A DNA stretch of 63,229 bases, filler included, from Octopus bimaculoides (lineage: Eukaryota): NCBI RefSeq assembly GCF_001194135.2. It is 6 parts of 6 records of this genome, joined end to end, with 100 filler letters (N's around TTAATTAATTAA, not from the genome) between each part and the next. Parts side by side here need not be neighbours in the genome. Positions count along the whole stretch, not along the records: positions 16,886 to 35,430 come from NW_026315910.1; 5 more parts are not named here. One strand, 5' to 3'. Positions 20,628-35,415 of this stretch are shown here, piece by piece. A model generated the notes under the pieces. That model was not told the origin of the DNA. It saw only the letters and a list, made by a program, of their open reading frames with translations, and ran no database searches. Within the stretch, counting starts at the first letter, position 1. Each line of letters begins with the position of its first letter. Made by a program: the position numbers and the translations under genes.

Positions 20628-22165
20628 ATCTGTGTGTGTATATGTGTGTGTGTATTTTTGTGTTTGTATATCTGTGTGTGTGTGTGATTTTGTGTGTATA
20701 TATGTATGTATATATGTGTGTAATTGTGTGTGTGTGTGTATATGTCTGTGTCTGTATGACCGTGTATATGTAACTGNNNNNNNNNNTGTGTGTGTGTGTG
20801 TATATGTCTGTGTCTGTATGACCGTGTATATGTAACTGTTATATATATTTATATATGTGCATGTGTGTGTGTATATATGAGTGTGTGCATGTGCGTGTGT
20901 GTATGTGTGTATATATATGAGTGTGTGCGTGTGTGTGCATGTCTCTCCGTCATTTTCCGTATGACTTTGTCTGTGTGTCTCTCTGTGTGTGTTGTCCATG
21001 TGATGTACGCCAACAATTGTGTATAGCAATTCACTCGTGCTCCATCCACACCTCTGGTGCTCCACCGCCTATCTTTCCTTCCCCCCCGCCTCTCTCCCTC
21101 TCTCTCTCCCTCCCTCTCTTTCTCTCTCTCTCTCTCTCCTCTTCGTCTGTCGATTGGTTTTGTACGAAATTGATTGATCCCCCTCCGCGGGGACTCCTTT
21201 TCTGTGGCCCATACCACNNNNNNNNNNNNNNNNNNNNNNNNNNNNNNNNNNNNNNNNNNNNNNNNNNNNNNNNNNNNNNNNNNNNNNNNNNNNNNNNNNN
21301 NNNNNNNNNNNNNNNNNNNNNNNNNNNNNNNNNNNNNNNNNNNNNNNNNNNNNNNNNNNNNNNNNNNNNNNNNNNNNNNNNNNNNNNNNNNNNNNNNNNN
21401 NNNNNNNNNNNNNNNNNNNNNNNNNNGTGGTGGTGGTTGGTTGGTTCTAATGGTGATGATATTACTGTTTATTGGTGGTGATGGTGGTCGGTTTTTCAAT
21501 GGTGCAAGCATTAGTCTGGTGGTGGTGGCGGTGATGGTGATGACAATGATGATGATGGTTGTGATAATGCTGCTGATGATGATGACAGTGATGACGATGA
21601 TGCTGGTGGTGATGATGGTTTGGGTGATGGTCATGGTGATGCTGATGAGGCTGTTGACGGCAGCGGTGATGACAACGATGATGTTGATGATGATGATGAT
21701 TGTCATGGTGGTGGTGGTCGTCGTGGTATTTCTGGTGATGCTTGTCGACGTGATGCTGGCGTTAGATTCCTTGACGGCTGTTTTAACATCCGCTTTTCCA
21801 TGCTTGCATGGGTTAGAGGCGAACTCGAAAACTCTGCAAGGCAGATTTTCCCTGTGAGTAAGAGGCCCTCTCTGTTGCTGACCCCTATCTCTTTTGAAGC
21901 AAGGTCAATGTTTTACACCCCTGGTTCTTGAAGCACAAGCACCAAAACGACCGGACATGTTTTTACAGAAGATTGCAAACAACACTGCTTGTATGGTGGG
22001 GACATTTGTTTACTGCAAGGCAAAAATATACACACACACATATACATACTTATATACATACATATATATATACATATATATACATACTTATTATACATAC
22101 ATATATACATACATATATATACATACTTATATACATACATATATACATACATATATGTACATACT

Positions 22166-22197
<32 letters not shown>

Positions 22198-22225
22198 CAT
22201 ACATATATATACATATATATACACA

Positions 22226-22545
22226 ACAGGCTTCTTTGAGTTTCTGTCTATCAAATCAGCTTAAAAGGCTTTTGGTTGGCCCAAGGCTCTAGTAGAAGGA
22301 ACTTGCCCAAGGTGCCATGCAGTGGGACTGAACCTGGAACCATGTGGTTGTGAGGCAAGTTACTTACCACACAGCCACACTTACTATAGGGTTCTTTCCA
22401 GTTTCTGCCGACCAAATCCACTCACAAGGCTTTGGTTGTCTCAAGGCTGTAGCAGAAGACCCTTTGCCCAAGGTGCCATGCAGTGGGACTGAACTTGGAA
22501 ACAAGGTGGTTGTGAAGCAAGCTTCTTACCACATGGCCATGCCTG
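22226..22545 (-). mobile_element. Two tandem SINE family A copies (reverse)
   Basis: 22226-22385 and 22388-22545 each contain aggctttggttg...cccaaggtgccatgcagtgggactgaac...ttaccaca. Confidence 0.75.
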
Positions 22546-23610
22546 CATCATCATCATCATCACCATTATCATCATTAATGTCTGCTTTGGCATGGTTTCT
22601 ATGGCCGGATGTATGTGTGTGTGTGTGTCTGCTGCTTTGTTCTGAGTTCAAATCCCGCCGATGTTGGCTTTGCATTTTATTCTTTTGGGGTTGATATATT
22701 AAGTACCAGAGAAGCAATGGGGTCGATGAAATCAACACAACTGACAACTACAACACAAACACCAGTACCACCACCATTACAACCACCACAGCAACCACAA
22801 CCCCTACTACCACTACTAGCACCGCAACCACCACCATTACCACATCACCACAGCCACTACCACCACCACCACCATCACAACCACCACAGCCACTACCACA
22901 CCACTACCACCACCATAAACACCATCACCACTACAACCACTACCTCCACAAACACCACAACCACCACCACACCATCGCAGCACTACCACAGCTACCACCA
23001 CCACCACCAACAACACTGGCACTTTTACCCTCATCACTGCCACTACCACCACCACCACCACCATCGCCACCTTTGCAATCATCGTCACCAGGACCACCAC
23101 CACCACCACCACCACCACCGCAAACAGTATCACTGTTCATGCACAGAACCACACCATCGGCCCTCCCCCCCACACCAACGTCTCCNNNNNNNNNNNNNNN
23201 NNNNNNNNNNNNNNNNNNNNNNNNNNNNNNNNNNNNNNNNNNNNNNNNNNNNNNNNNNNNNNNNNNNNNNNNNNNNNNNNNNNNNNNNNNNNNNNNNNNN
23301 NNNNNNNNNNNNNNNNNNNNNNNNNNNNNNNNNNNNNNNNNNNNNNNNNNNNNNNNNNNNNNNNNNNNNNNNNNNNNNNNNNNNNNNNNNNNNNNNNNNN
23401 NNNNNNNNNNNNNNNNNNNNNNNNNNNNNNNNNNNNNNNNNNNNNNNNNNNNNNNNNNNNNNNNNNNNNNNNNNNNNNNNNNNNNNNNNNNNNNNNNNNN
23501 NNNNNNNNNNNNNNNNNNNNNNNNNNNNNNNNNNNNNNNNNNNNNNNNNNNNNNNNNNNNNNNNNNNNNNNNNNNNNNNNNNNNNNNNNNNNNNNNNNNN
23601 NNNNNNNNNN

Positions 23611-23669
<59 letters not shown>

Positions 23670-24099
23670 TGAGAGTATATATGCGTGTGTGTATATGTAT
23701 AGATAAATATTTGTGTACCTAGAAGACAGAATTCTCATGACAGCAGGAATATCAATCTATATATAACAATAGTTGAGATTACTCTCCACTAGTATTTAGA
23801 GTTTGGTATATAATATTGTTTGTGATCACGTGTATATATGTGTGTGTATGAGTGCTGAATGTGCATGTGTATGTATATATACATATATATATTTATAATT
23901 ATTACAATTAAAAGGGTAAAGGTTTATCAATTTATTAATTTATTAATAAATCAACAATTAATAATTTTACCAAGCCCTTCGGTATGTAAACACCATTATC
24001 GGTGGAGAACTTATTTAAAAGTTCATATACATTTATAAACATAATTAAACATAATTGACCCTGATCCCTTAATTATGTATATATATTTATATGTAGATC

Positions 24100-24380
24100 G
24101 TTGCCAGTGCCGATGGACTGGCTCCTGTGCAGGTGGCACGTAAAATACACCATTTTGAGCGTGGCCGTTGCCAGTACCACCTGACTGGCCTTCGTGCGGG
24201 TGGCACGTAAAAAGCACCCACTACACTCTCGGAGGGGTTGGCGTTAGGAAGGGCATCCAGCTGTAGAAACTCTGCCAGATCAGATTGCAGCCTGAACAAG
24301 TCCCGGGGTCAATTTGTTTGACTGAAGATGATTCTCCAGCATGGCCACAGTGAAATGACTGAAACAAGTAAAAAAATTGG
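24100..24380 (+). mobile_element. SINE/LINE-related interspersed repeat
   Basis: Internal duplication ttgccagt..actggc...gtggcacgtaaaa and ggcgttaggaagggcatccagctgtagaaac; a related reverse copy lies near 18640-18740. Confidence 0.5.
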
Positions 24381-24383
24381 AAC

Positions 24384-24418
<35 letters not shown>

Positions 24419-24924
24419 GGTTCTTGTCAGCCTGGGTTACCCTCCACCACTGCCACCGCCACTTCTGCCTCTGTCTCCACCACCACCACAGTTTTAGAAA
24501 ACAACCCTACCACCTTATTCTCAACCTCAACCACTCCACTATGGTAGAGTGGCGTCATGGTTGAGAGAACAGAGAAAAAAACAAAGCATAGAGAAGGCTG
24601 TAGAGGGGGGGGGGTGAGAGAGAGAAAGCGATAGAGAGAGAGAAGAGCTGCAGGGAAGAGAAAGATGGAGAAAGAGAATGGGTACTATAGAAGAGAGAGA
24701 GAGAGAGTGTGTGTGTGTGTGTAAGGGATAGAGATGAGCCAAGTGGTGGCACTGTGCCACCCACTTTTTTCTGTTGCCTTAAGATATTGGCCCAAGGGAA
24801 TTGAAGTAACATTATGGAAATGGAAGGGCGGAGAACGTGGACATTAAGACTTAAAAGGAGGTGGGCTTCTATGGACTGGGGTATGTGGATGTGGGAGAGA
24901 GGGATGGGAGTGGGTAGTTGTTGT

Positions 24925-25225
24925 TGTTGTTGTTTAGCCCCAGGTCAGTCCTGGTCCAGAGAGACTTACGATCAAAGATGTTTTCAGCTGTGACCATTCC
25001 ATCTTTTATTCAGGCATAGTGTATCTAGGACTACATTATATAATGTACAGTATAGGAGTTAGTATTAGTGGCTATAGCTGTTGTTGTTTAACCCCAGGTC
25101 AGTAATGATCCAGTAGACTTATGATTAAAGAGGCTCCAACTGTGACCATCCCATCTTTTATTCAGGCATAGTGTATCTAGGACTACATTATCTAATGTAC
25201 AGTATAGGAGTTAGTATTAGTGGCT
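24925..25225. repeat. Tandem duplication of a ~150-bp repeat unit
   Basis: gttgttgtttagccccaggtcag...gtgaccat..catcttttattcaggcatagtgtatctaggactacatta...gtataggagttagtattagtggcta occurs twice. Confidence 0.8.
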
Positions 25226-25285
25226 ATCTATCTATCTATCTATCTTACTGTTTGTCTCTATATAGATGTCTATCTATCTTTATCA

Positions 25286-25317
<32 letters not shown>

Positions 25318-25469
25318 TTCTCTCTCTCTTTCTCTCTTTCTCTCTTTCTCTCTCTGTCTCTCACTCTCTCTCTTTCTCCCTATTGATAGTAATAATAATA
25401 ATAACAATAGATTAAATGAGGTACACCGTTGCATATTATGAATGGGATGTTCTTTTTATACCTCTCTTT

Positions 25470-25740
25470 CTGTTTTTAAAACCTAACAGGTTCATGAGTC
25501 GACTAAGGGGCCTGCACGAGATGCCTAGCTCATTGAAAGCCTTCTTTTGATTTCTGGGGACTTTGAGTGAATGCTTGACCCATAAGCATTTCACTTTCTT
25601 CAGTGTGAACACTGACCGGTTGACCACATTTCTGCGCATTGCAGATGGACCCAGTCTGCTCAAATTTGTCACATATTCCCTGAACTGTTAATCTTGATGG
25701 AGCTGGTCTTTGGAAATAATTTCATTATTTCAAAACATTC
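25470..25740 (-). mobile_element. Degenerate Tc1/mariner transposase N-terminal (HTH) fragment
   Basis: KFEQTGSICNAQKCGQPVSVHTEE...QSPQKS / ELGISCRPLSRLMNLLGFK resembles the KFxxTGSV..GRP...SPxxS.R..ELGIS pattern; frameshifted. Confidence 0.55.
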
Positions 25741-25887
25741 TGTTGCTTACTTGTTTATTATTCATTTACACTGGGCAAATATGAATTTTCTCACGTGCAA
25801 GCTTCTCAACGCTTGTTCTTGTCTAGTATTTACTGCATTACCTTTAGATGTAAAAATCTGGTAAAATTCTTCTAAACACAGGTCACA

Positions 25888-26935
25888 TCTATCTATCTAT
25901 CTATCTATCTATATATATACAAGAATAAGGGCAGAGAATCGTCAATTAATAATAGAATTAATAATTAACAATTTTGCCAAGTAGTTCAGTATGAAAAAAA
26001 CCTTTATCGGTAAAACTATTTATCATTATAAATATACAGGGATTAGCAATTGAGTTGCTTCTCCAACATACTGAAAATTTAGAAATAGCAGTCAAAGAAC
26101 TACTGATTCTAAACTACAAATTTTTCTCTAAAGTGGATGGCGATATTTATGGCACACATAGAACAAAAAGCCGGAGGGAAAAGCGCAAACAAACCAAGCC
26201 TTTAGTTAATTGGATACGAATCGTTTCATGGTTAAGTGAATGAAAATTTCACTATTCCAATCTTCAGCCCAAATNNNNNNNNNNNNNNNNNNNNNNNNNN
26301 NNNNNNNNNNNNNNNNNNNNNNNNNNNNNNNNNNNNNNNNNNNNNNNNNNNNNNNNNNNNNNNNNNNNNNNNNNNNNNNNNNNNNNNNNNNNNNNNNNNN
26401 NNNNNNNNNNNNNNNNNNNNNNNNNNNNNNNNNNNNNNNNNNNNNNNNNNNNNNNNNNNNNNNNNNNNNNNNNNNNNNNNNNNNNNNNNNNNNNNNNNNN
26501 NNNNNNNNNNNNNNNNNNNNNNNNNNNNNNNNNNNNNNNNNNNNNNCATCTATCTATCTATCTATCTATCTATATATATACAAGAATAAGGGCAGAGAAT
26601 CGTCAATTAATAATAGAATTAATAATTAACAATTTTGCCAAGTAGTTCAGTATGAAAAAAACCTTTATCGGTAAAACTATTTATCATTATAAATATACAG
26701 GGATTAGCAATTGAGTTGCTTCTCCAACATACTGAAAATTTAGAAATAGCAGTCAAAGAACTACTGATTCTAAACTACAAATTTTTCTCTAAACGGATGG
26801 CGATATCTATGGCACACATAGAACAAAAAACCGGAGGGAAAAGCGTAAACAAAACAAGTCTTTAGTTAATTGGATACGAATCGTTTCATGGTTAAGCGAA
26901 TGAAAATTTCACTATTCCAATCTTCAGCCCAAATA
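25888..26935. repeat. ~390-bp near-identical direct duplication (25888-26274, 26548-26934) flanking an N gap; probably a Penelope-type terminal repeat
   Basis: The two copies differ by about 8 substitutions or indels; a related segment occurs at 23920-24020. Confidence 0.8.
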
Positions 26936-27143
26936 TTCTGATAAATTTGAAAGTGTCTCTAAAAAAAAATTCACGGTAATTTTTGGCCATGCGACACCAA
27001 AAATCAACGATAAGAAAGGCACTTACGAATTCATCGGCCAGTGAGTTCAGGCACCTCACCTCAAAGAAATCTATATATATATTTATGTGAACATCCTGGT
27101 TTTATGTTTGCAAGACTTACCTCCTCTTTGCTTCTCGTTTCAG

Positions 27144-27230
27144 AAATCTACCGAAAACATGGCCAGTGTGTCTTCGATAACGCTGTCCATTTCATACAAA
27201 GGAGTGAAATTTATTGACGCTGAATCCAAA
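27144..27230 (+). CDS. ANKS1: ANKS1A/B (Odin/AIDA-1)-like PTB domain exon ([29 protein letters not shown])
   Basis: Acceptor ctcgtttcag|AAA and donor AAA|gtgagt; 87 nt, phase 0 to 0. It matches the recalled vertebrate ANKS1B PTB [29 protein letters not shown]. Confidence 0.9.
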
Positions 27231-28044
27231 GTGAGTCTCTCGTCTTTCGTTTGCTTCCGCATCTCTGTCCCGTCTTCCTGTCTCTGCTCCCCCCCCCTTG
27301 TTGGTATGCGAGGAAAAGGGTATGTGGGCGTATGTGCATATGTGTGCATGTATATGTATGTTTATGAGTATATGTGTGTGTATGTATGTGTATATATGGG
27401 AGAGTATATGTATGTGTGTATGTATATATATATCTGTATGTGTGTTTATATGTGTGTATATGTGTGTGTACGTGTATATATATGTGTGTGTGTGAGTATA
27501 GGTGTATATCTATATATATGCGTGTATATATGTGTGTGTATATATATGTGTGTGTATATATGTATGTGTATATGTATATATTTGTGTGTATATATATGTC
27601 TGTATAAGTATATATATATGTGTGTGTGTGTATATATGTGTATATTTGTGTGTGTGTATATATGTTTGTGTGTGTGTATATATATATATGTGTGTGTGTA
27701 TAGATAAATGTATATGTACGTATAACCCTTTATTATTCAAATCACCCTGTTAAATATAATTCCTATTTATTCCCATTGTCTTGAATTAATCCTGGATTAT
27801 CCCATAGCTCTGAGATTTCAATGACGACATCGTTGATTGTTAGAACGACATTGTAGGGTAAGTGTGAGAGGCTGGATCTGACCAGTTTAAAACATTAAAG
27901 AAGCAGAATATTTGAGCCAAATATATGACTGGTCCAAATGCCAAAGTTTCTGACATAAACTCTGTCAACTTCACTCTCTCTCGTTCTGTATTAAATAAAA
28001 CTCTGTAACCTAACCAGGGGTCTCTTTCTCTCGCTTCATTTCAG

Positions 28045-28182
28045 CGTGTTGTGTGTGAACATGAAATCTGTAATATATTCTGTGCATGCCAAGACAGTGA
28101 AAACTTAAACTTCTTCGCGTATATCACGAAAGACAAAGAATTCGACAAGCATTATTGTCATGTCTTCTGTGTACGTAGTACG
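28045..28182 (+). CDS. ANKS1: ANKS1A/B-like PTB domain exon (RVVCEHEICNIFCACQDSENLNFFAYITKDKEFDKHYCHVFCVRST)
   Basis: Acceptor ttcatttcag|CGT and donor ACG|gtaagt; 138 nt, phase 0 to 0. EHEIxNIxCAxQD...FAYITKD...HYCHVF is characteristic of the ANKS1 PTB domain. Confidence 0.93.
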
Positions 28183-28295
28183 GTAAGTCGACGTTCTTCT
28201 TATTTTTGTTTCCCATTTGTGTTGCGTGTATTTCTGTCTGTTTGTCTTTTCCTCGTCATCACCATTGTTGTCATTATCATCGTTGTTATCGTCGT

Positions 28296-28331
<36 letters not shown>

Positions 28332-28719
28332 TTTGCCACGTCATGTACCCAGTTATGTATCTATATGTACATGTAGATGAACGTATATACATACATGTAC
28401 ATATATATGCATATACTCATATATTGTTTGTATCACGACAGAACGCACGCGTTACCTTTATACAGTAAGTTTTAACTATATATATATCTACATACATACA
28501 TTTATATATGTCTGCGCCTGTCTAGTCTTGTGTATATATGAATTTTAACCCCAGGTCATGACACTTAAACATGACCACCCTTCCTCTTCAGTGTATATAA
28601 TTTGAATGGTCTTGTCCTTCTTATTTAAGACATGAAAACGCAAGCTCACAGAGGTAGTGACTGTTATTTTTAGCAGGCTGGTCTACCAGACAGTGCTTGC
28701 TGCTTGTGATGGTGTGTGT

Positions 28720-31449
<2,730 letters not shown>

Positions 31450-32120
31450 NNNNNNNNNNNNNNNNNNNNNNNNNNNNNNNNNNNNNNNNNNNNNNNNNNN
31501 NNNNNNNNNNNNNNNNNNNNNNNNNNNNNNNNNNNNNNNNNNNNNNNNNNNNNNNNNNNNNNNNNNNNNNNNNNNNNNNNNNNNNNNNNNNNNNNNNNNN
31601 NNNNNNNNNNNNNNNNNNNNNNNNNNNNNNNNNNNNNNNNNNNNNNNNNNNNNNNNNNNNNNNNNNNNNNNNNNNNNNNNNNNNNNNNNNNNNNNNNNNN
31701 NNNNNNNNNNNNNNNNNNNNNNNNNNNNNNNNNNNNNNNNNNNNNNNNNNNNNNNNNNNNNNNNNNNNNNNNNNNNNNNNNNNNNNNNNNNNNNNNNNNN
31801 NNNNNNNNNNNNNNNNNNNNNNNNNNNNNNNNNNNNNNNNNNNNNNNNNNNNNNNNNNNNNNNNNNNNNNNNNNNNNNNNNNNNNNNNNNNNNNNNNNNN
31901 NNNNNNNNNNNNNNNNNNNNNNNNNNNNNNNNNNNNNNNNNNNNNNNNNNNNNNNNNNNNNNNNNNNNNNNNNNNNNNNNNNNNNNNNNNNNNNNNNNNN
32001 NNNNNNNNNNNNNNNNNNNNNNNNNNNNNNNNNNNNNNNNNNNNNNNNNNNNNNNNNNNNNNNNNNNNNNNNNNNNNNNNNNNNNNTATATATATATATA
32101 TATACACACATATATATATA

Positions 32121-34413
32121 TACGTAAGTACGTTCGTTTTTTAATTAGTTCGATTGTTCGTTCGTACGTATGTTTTTTCGTTATTTCCTGCCTGCGTACG
32201 TACGTTCGTTCCTTCAATCGTTCGTATGTACGTACGTATATATGTACGTTCGTTCGTTCTTACGTACGTCCGTTCTTTCGTTATTTCCTGCCTACGTAAT
32301 ACGTTCGTTCCTTCGTACGTAAGTACGTTTTGTTGTTATTTCCTGCCTACGTACGTACGTAAGTTCGTTCGTTCTTTCGTACTTACGATCGTTCGTTAAT
32401 TCGTTCGTTCATACTTGCGTAAGTACGTTCGTTTTTTAATTCGTTCGATTGTTCGTTCGTATGTTCGTTTGTTCGTTCGTTAGCACGTACGTACGTTCGT
32501 TCGTTCTTATGAACGTAACTACGTATGTACGTTCTTTCGTACGTACGTTCGTTCGTACGTATCTTTTTTCGTTATTTCCTTTCTGCGTACGTACGTTCGT
32601 TCCTTCAATTGTTCGTACGTACGTACGTATATATGTACGTTCGTTCGTACTTACGTGCGATCGTTCGTACTTACGTACGTTCGTTCGTACGTACGATACT
32701 TCGTTCGTTCGTACGTACGATACTTCGTTCGTTCGTTCATACGTACGTACGTTCTTTCGTTATTTCCTGCCTACGTAATACGTACGTACGTACGTTCGTT
32801 CGTTCGTTCGTTCGTTCGTACTCACGTACGTACGTACGTTCTTTCGTTAATTCCTGCCTTCGTAATACGTACGTACGTTCGTTCCTACGTACCTTAGTTC
32901 GTACGTACGTACGTTCGTTTATTCGTTCATACGTTCGTTCGTTCGTTCGTATGTACGTACGTTGTTTCGTTATTTCCTACCTATGTAATACGTACGTACG
33001 TTCGTTCGTTCGTTCGTTCGTACGTTCTTTCGTTATTTCCTTTCTGCGTACGTACGTTCGTTCCTTCAATTGTTCGTACGTACGTACGTATATATGTACG
33101 TTCGTTCGTACTTACGTGCGATCGTTCGTACTTACGTACGTTCGTTCGTTCGTACGTACGATACTTCGTTCGTTCGTTCGTTCATACGTACGTACGTTCT
33201 TTCGTTATTTCCTGCCTACGTAATACGTACGTACGTACGTACGTTCGTTCGTTCGTTCGTACTCACGTACATACGTACGTTCTTTCGTTAATTCCTGCCT
33301 TCGTAATACGTACGTACGTTCGTTCCTACGTACCTTAGTTCGTACGTCCGTACGTTCGTTTATTCGTTCATACGTTCGTTCGTTCGTATGTACGTACGTT
33401 CTTTCGTTATTTCCTACCTATGTAATACGTACGTACGTTCGTTCGTTCGTTCGTTCGTACGTTCTTTCGTTATTTCCTTTCTGCGTACGTACGTTCGTTC
33501 CTTCAATCGTTCGTACGTACGTACGTATATATGTACTTCGTTCGTACTTACGTACGTACGTACGTTATTTGGTACGTACGTAAGTGCGTTCGTTCGTTCA
33601 TACGTACGTTCTTTCGTTATTTCCTGCCTATGTATTACGTTCGTTCCTTCGTACGTAAGTACGTTTTGTTGTTATTTCCTGCCTACGTACGTACGTAAGT
33701 TCGTTCGTTCTTTCGTACATACGATCGTTCGTTAATTCGTTCGTTCATACTTACGTAAGTACGTTCGTTTTTTAATTCGTTCGATTGTTCGTTCGTACGT
33801 ACGTATGTACGTTTGTTCGCACTTACGTTCGTTTGTTTGTTCATACGTAAGTTCGTTCGTTCGTACGTACGTACGTTCTTTCGTTATTTCATGCCTATGT
33901 AATACTTACGTACGTTCGTTCGTTTTTACGTACGTACGTTCGTTCTTACGTACGTACGTTCGTTCTTACGTACGTACGTTCGTTCTTACGTACGTAAGTT
34001 CGTTCTTACGTACGTACGTATGTACGTTCTTTCGTTATTTCCTGCCTACGTAATACGTTCGTTCCTTCGTACGTACGTTCCCTCGTACGTAAGTACGTTT
34101 TTTCGTTATTTCCTGCCCACGTACGTACGTAAGTTCGTACGTACGATCGTTCGTTAATTCGTTCATTCATACTTACATAAGTACGTTCGTTTTATAATTC
34201 GTTCGATTGTTCGTTCGTACGTACGTACGTTCGTTTGTTCGTTCGTTAGCACGTAGGTACGTACGTTCGTTCTTACGAACGTAACTACGTACGTACGTTC
34301 TTTCGTACGTACGTTCGTTCGATCGTACGTATGTTTTTTCGTTATTTCCTTCCTGCGTACGTACGTTCGTTCCTTCAATCGTTCGTATGTACGTACGTAC
34401 ATATGTACGTTCG
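32121..34413. repeat. CpG-rich (TACG/TTCG)-based satellite with a ~390-460-bp higher-order period
   Basis: The landmark ccttcaat(c/t)gttcgta recurs at 32211, 32602, 33063, 33500 and 34372; the sub-motif ttcgttatttcctgcctacg recurs many times. Confidence 0.95.
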
Positions 34414-34599
34414 CATGGTGCTCTTTTCATGCCCCAAAGAACAAAAATAAAAATAGGACTGCAGCTGGAAGTGCTCAGGTGTCACTGGGGCAGGCATTGA
34501 TGATTCAGTGCTTAGGAATGCTTCTGTAGGAGAAAATGTAGACCTTATTAAATATGCAAGGACCCTGAAACTTATGTTCTCTTAAGGGGTTTTTGCTTA

Positions 34600-34950
34600 A
34601 TAAAAAAAAAAATCTCTGTAAATGTAGTAGTGTTAGAGAGGAGAATAATTTGGTAAGGGGATATATTGGGACCACTATTGAATCTAAAAGGAGATATCGG
34701 GTCCACATGAGCTCATTTTCGAATGCCAAATACTCCAATTCTACTGCATTGGCATATTATATTCATGATTTGAAGAGGAGGAATATGAGCTATACTATTG
34801 AATGGTTAGGCCTATCCNNNNNNNNNNNNNNNNNNNNNNNNNNNNNNNNNNNNNNNNNNNNNNNNNNNNNNNNACACTTTAATGCTAATTTAAACAGATG
34901 TAGATTATGCTTAAAGGAATCGTACTTGATTTGTAAATGTTTTGGGCCAA
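34600..34950 (+). mobile_element. Penelope-like GIY-YIG endonuclease fragment
   Basis: GYIGTTIESKRRYRVHMSSFSNAKYSNSTALAYYIHDLK...YTIEW and RCRLCLKE are typical of PLE C-terminal GIY-YIG regions. Confidence 0.75.
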
Positions 34951-34959
34951 ACACCTTAA

Positions 34960-35415
34960 TATTTTCTTATGTAGCTACACCAATGCTAGAACGGGACGAC
35001 ACTGCATAGTGCCAAAGATCCAAGCAATGCCATCGCTCTTCAGGACCAGTTACTGCAATAGTTTGGGTTTCAGGGGCCCACAGCTTTTTAATATTCACCC
35101 AAAGAGCCTGAGGAACCTGCACAAAGTAGATGTAGCGGTTTTTAAATCAAAGCTGGANNNNNNNNNNAAAGAGCCTGAGGAACCTGCACAAAGTAGATGT
35201 AGCGGTTTTTAAATCAAAGCTGGACCTCTTCCTGTCGAGAGTCCCAGATGAACCTACCTCGCGGCAGGAGGTGCAAATGAGGGTTGGTCAATCAAACTCC
35301 ATTCTTCACCAAGTGCCACAAATTGTAAGAGGCTCCCCGTAATAACAGTGTAGCAACACGGCGGTGCATCAGCATGGCCGCAGCTTGAAGCTGAAACTAT
35401 AATAAAAAAAAAAAA
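34960..35415 (+). mobile_element. CR1/L2-clade LINE 3' end with A-rich tail
   Basis: RTGRHCIVPKI...NSLGFRGPQLFNIHPKSLRN...FKSKLDLFLSRVPDEP, then ctgaaactataataaaaaaa. Confidence 0.75.

Noticed and set aside
21700-21870. Complex stretch ending in a plus-strand gtgagt donor-like site, checked as an upstream ANKS1 exon
   Set aside because: No frame resembles the ANKS1 SAM or PTB sequence, and there is no clear acceptor.
25600-25640. KCGQP on the minus strand as a possible cysteine switch (PRCGxPD)
   Set aside because: The context matches a Tc1/mariner GRP-type HTH region with frameshifts, not an MMP prodomain.
32121-34413. Satellite considered as a CRISPR-like array or as a coding repeat (RSFVRTY ORFs)
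   Set aside because: There are no unique spacers and no cas genes, the context is eukaryotic, and the ORFs arise from tetramer periodicity.
35097-35215. Short direct duplications flanking 10-N gaps (also 20745-20836 and 57780-57900)
   Set aside because: This is the typical signature of overlapping contig ends left unmerged, i.e. an assembly artefact.
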